Shown: one piece after another, positions 45,309-47,430 of the stretch
Layout of the letters: each line of letters opens with the position of its first letter
Position numbering within the stretch: position 1 is the first letter of the stretch
Assembly (NCBI RefSeq): GCF_001194135.2
Contig: NC_068984.1
Location: 97,458,745-97,506,174, forward strand
DNA: 47,430 nt
Direction of reading: 5' to 3'
DNA from: Octopus bimaculoides
Taxonomy: Eukaryota
The notes under the pieces: model-generated
Database searches by the model: none
The model's input: the letters and a program-made list of their open reading frames with translations, nothing else
Told to the model about the DNA's origin: nothing
Made by a program: the position numbers and the translations under genes

Positions 45309-47430
45309 GTGGGGACTAAAACTGAAAGGGCTCATCTCATTAGTGCCTATGCTCCGATTCTAACAGCACAAAATGAGAAGAAAGATCAGTTTTACGAGGA
45401 ACTTCGGGATGTGATCAACAGTGTCCCAAAGGCAGACCAACTCTTTCTCATGGGTGATTTGAATGCAAGAGTAGGCGCTGATCACCAAGCATGGCCCAAC
45501 TGCCTTGGACAGTTTGGACTGGGGAACATCAATGAGAATGACCAGAGACTCTTTGAATTCTGGACAAATAACAACCTGTGCATTGCAAACACCTTCTACA
45601 ATGGCAAAGACCGGTATAAAGCTTCTTGGTGCCATCCAAGATCAGGTCATTGGCACCAGATTGACTTCATCATCGTCAGAAAGAATGATGTCAACACTGT
45701 GAAGCAAATAAGATCCTTCCACAGTGCAGACTGTAACAGAGATCATCTGTTGGTTATAGCCAAAGCAAAGATAGTCGCAAAGAAAACACCAAGAGCCGAA
45801 AAACCAAAGAAACATAAGATCAACACAAAAAACACCGAAGATCCAACGATGAGAACTAAATTTCAAGAATATGTCGAAGAATAGCTCCAAAACTTAGATA
45901 GCTCATCCCCTGACAACATGTGAACAACATGATATCAGCAATATATGATTCTGCGTCGAGGGTCTTTGGAACGGATCGACATTCCAAGGAGAACAGGATC
46001 GAAGCCAATGCATCAATACTAATGCCAACTTGAGAAAAAGTGCAAGATCTTCATAAAGCACAATAGAAAGCCAACAGAAAGTACAAAGCAACAGCTACAT
46101 GCTGCAAAATCCAACCTTCAAAAACAAACTAGAAAATGTGCCAACCAGTACTGGGATAAATTATGTTCAGGAATTCAACAGGCGAGTGACATAGGTAACA
46201 TCAGGAAAATGTATGAGAAGATTAGAGTTGCTATCGGACCAGCTGTGAGTAAAGTGGCACCTCTCAAGTCTGCAACAGGTGACCAGCTGACGGACAAGAA
46301 GAAACAAATGGAAAGATGGGTAGTACATTACTCTCAATTGTACACAAAGGAGCGAGATGTCGATAGACAGCTTGATGAGGCCATTCCTCAGCTCACCGAA
46401 ATGACAGAACTTGATATACCACCAATGGAAAAAGAACTCTCCACTGCAATCGATGAACTTGCAAGCGGAAAAGCACCCGGAAATGAAAATATACCTGCTG
46501 AGGTGTTGAACGAGAACAAATCCTTCCAGATTTATACAAGTTACTAAAGACGTGTTGGTTGGAAGCAAAAATTCCACAGGATATGAGAGATCCCAAGATA
46601 ATCACTCTCTACAAAAATAAAGGGGACAAGTGAGATTGCAATAACTCACTTCTGCGCATCATTGGAAAAGCTTTTGTGAGGATCATTCTGAAACGACTTC
46701 AGAAGCTAGCAGAAAGAGTACTACCAGAGAGCCAGTGCGGTTTTAGATCTAACCGCTCAACAATGGATATGATCTTCTCCATTCATCAACTACAAGAAAA
46801 ATGCCGGGAGCAGCAATTACCCCTATATATAGCATTTGTCGATCTGACAAAGGCATTTGATACAATCAGAAGATCAGGACTGTACATGGTACTTGGAAAA
46901 TGTGGCTGTCCCCCAATACTGCTGCAGCTCAGTGTTTCGTTCCATGATGACATGAATGCCACCATTCAGTTTGACAGTTTAATATCAGATAGCTTCAACA
47001 TCAACAGCGGAGTAAAACAAAGTTGTGTCTCAGCACCAATCCTTTTCACCATTTACTTTGCTGTATTGCTACAGTATGCGTTTCAAGAGTTGCCGAGAGA
47101 TGACTACCTTTGTTGAAGAACTGATGGGTCATTCTTTGATGTTTCTAGATTTCAGGCCAAGACCAAGTTCAATAAAGCAACAATAAGAGACTCTCTTCGC
47201 CGACAATGCAGCACTTGTTGCTCACAGTGAATTAACTCTACAAATAATGATAGACCATCTATCATTAGCATGCAAGGCCTTCGGTTTGGTCATCAATGTA
47301 AAGAAGACAGTCATCCTCACTCAGGAGGGCACAGTGAAAGGCCATATCAAGCTTGATGACAAAGAGCTTGAGACAGTGGACAGGTTCTGCTATCTAGTGT
47401 CTACCATTTCCTCTACTACTTCACTTGATG
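45309..47430 (+). mobile_element. RTE-clade LINE (APE endonuclease plus RT), degraded, running off the window
   Basis: LISAYAP, MGDLNARVG, WCHPRSGHWHQIDF, GKAPGNENIPAEV, LPESQCGFRSNRSTMDMIF, FVDLTKAFDT, VKQSCVSAPILF and a degenerate FADNAALVAHS. Confidence 0.93.

Overview
AT-rich animal DNA dense in repeats and microsatellites, with 11 N-gaps, most of them at microsatellites. The SINE families and TE mix suggest an octopod cephalopod, probably Octopus (inference from recalled repeat families, not a search). One well-supported gene is present on the + strand. A TATA box (30274) precedes a 58-nt signal-peptide exon (30350-30407) that is missing from the ORF track. It splices in phase 1 across a 5.9-kb intron to one ~5.1-kb exon (36272-41398, interrupted by an 879-N gap). 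The product is a secreted protein of about 1,700 aa made almost entirely of ~37-aa six-cysteine modules: 38 are sequenced and about 8 more may lie in the gap. The modules are intermediate between a truncated VWC domain and a pacifastin inhibitor domain. They include a homogenised A/B dimer array (222-bp period), and the last two have canonical pacifastin-type loops (CTRKAC, CTRRVC). The rest of the window is decayed mobile DNA: Tc1/mariner, Tigger/pogo and a MITE, an unassigned DDE transposase, Penelope-like elements, RLE (R4/Dong-like), L1/Tx1, CR1-like and RTE LINEs, a Gypsy LTR+gag, tRNA-derived SINEs and a foldback element. There is also a ~550-bp inverted paralogous pair 13 kb apart and a speculative two-exon minus-strand ORF. 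All calls were made by eye; TE boundaries are approximate.
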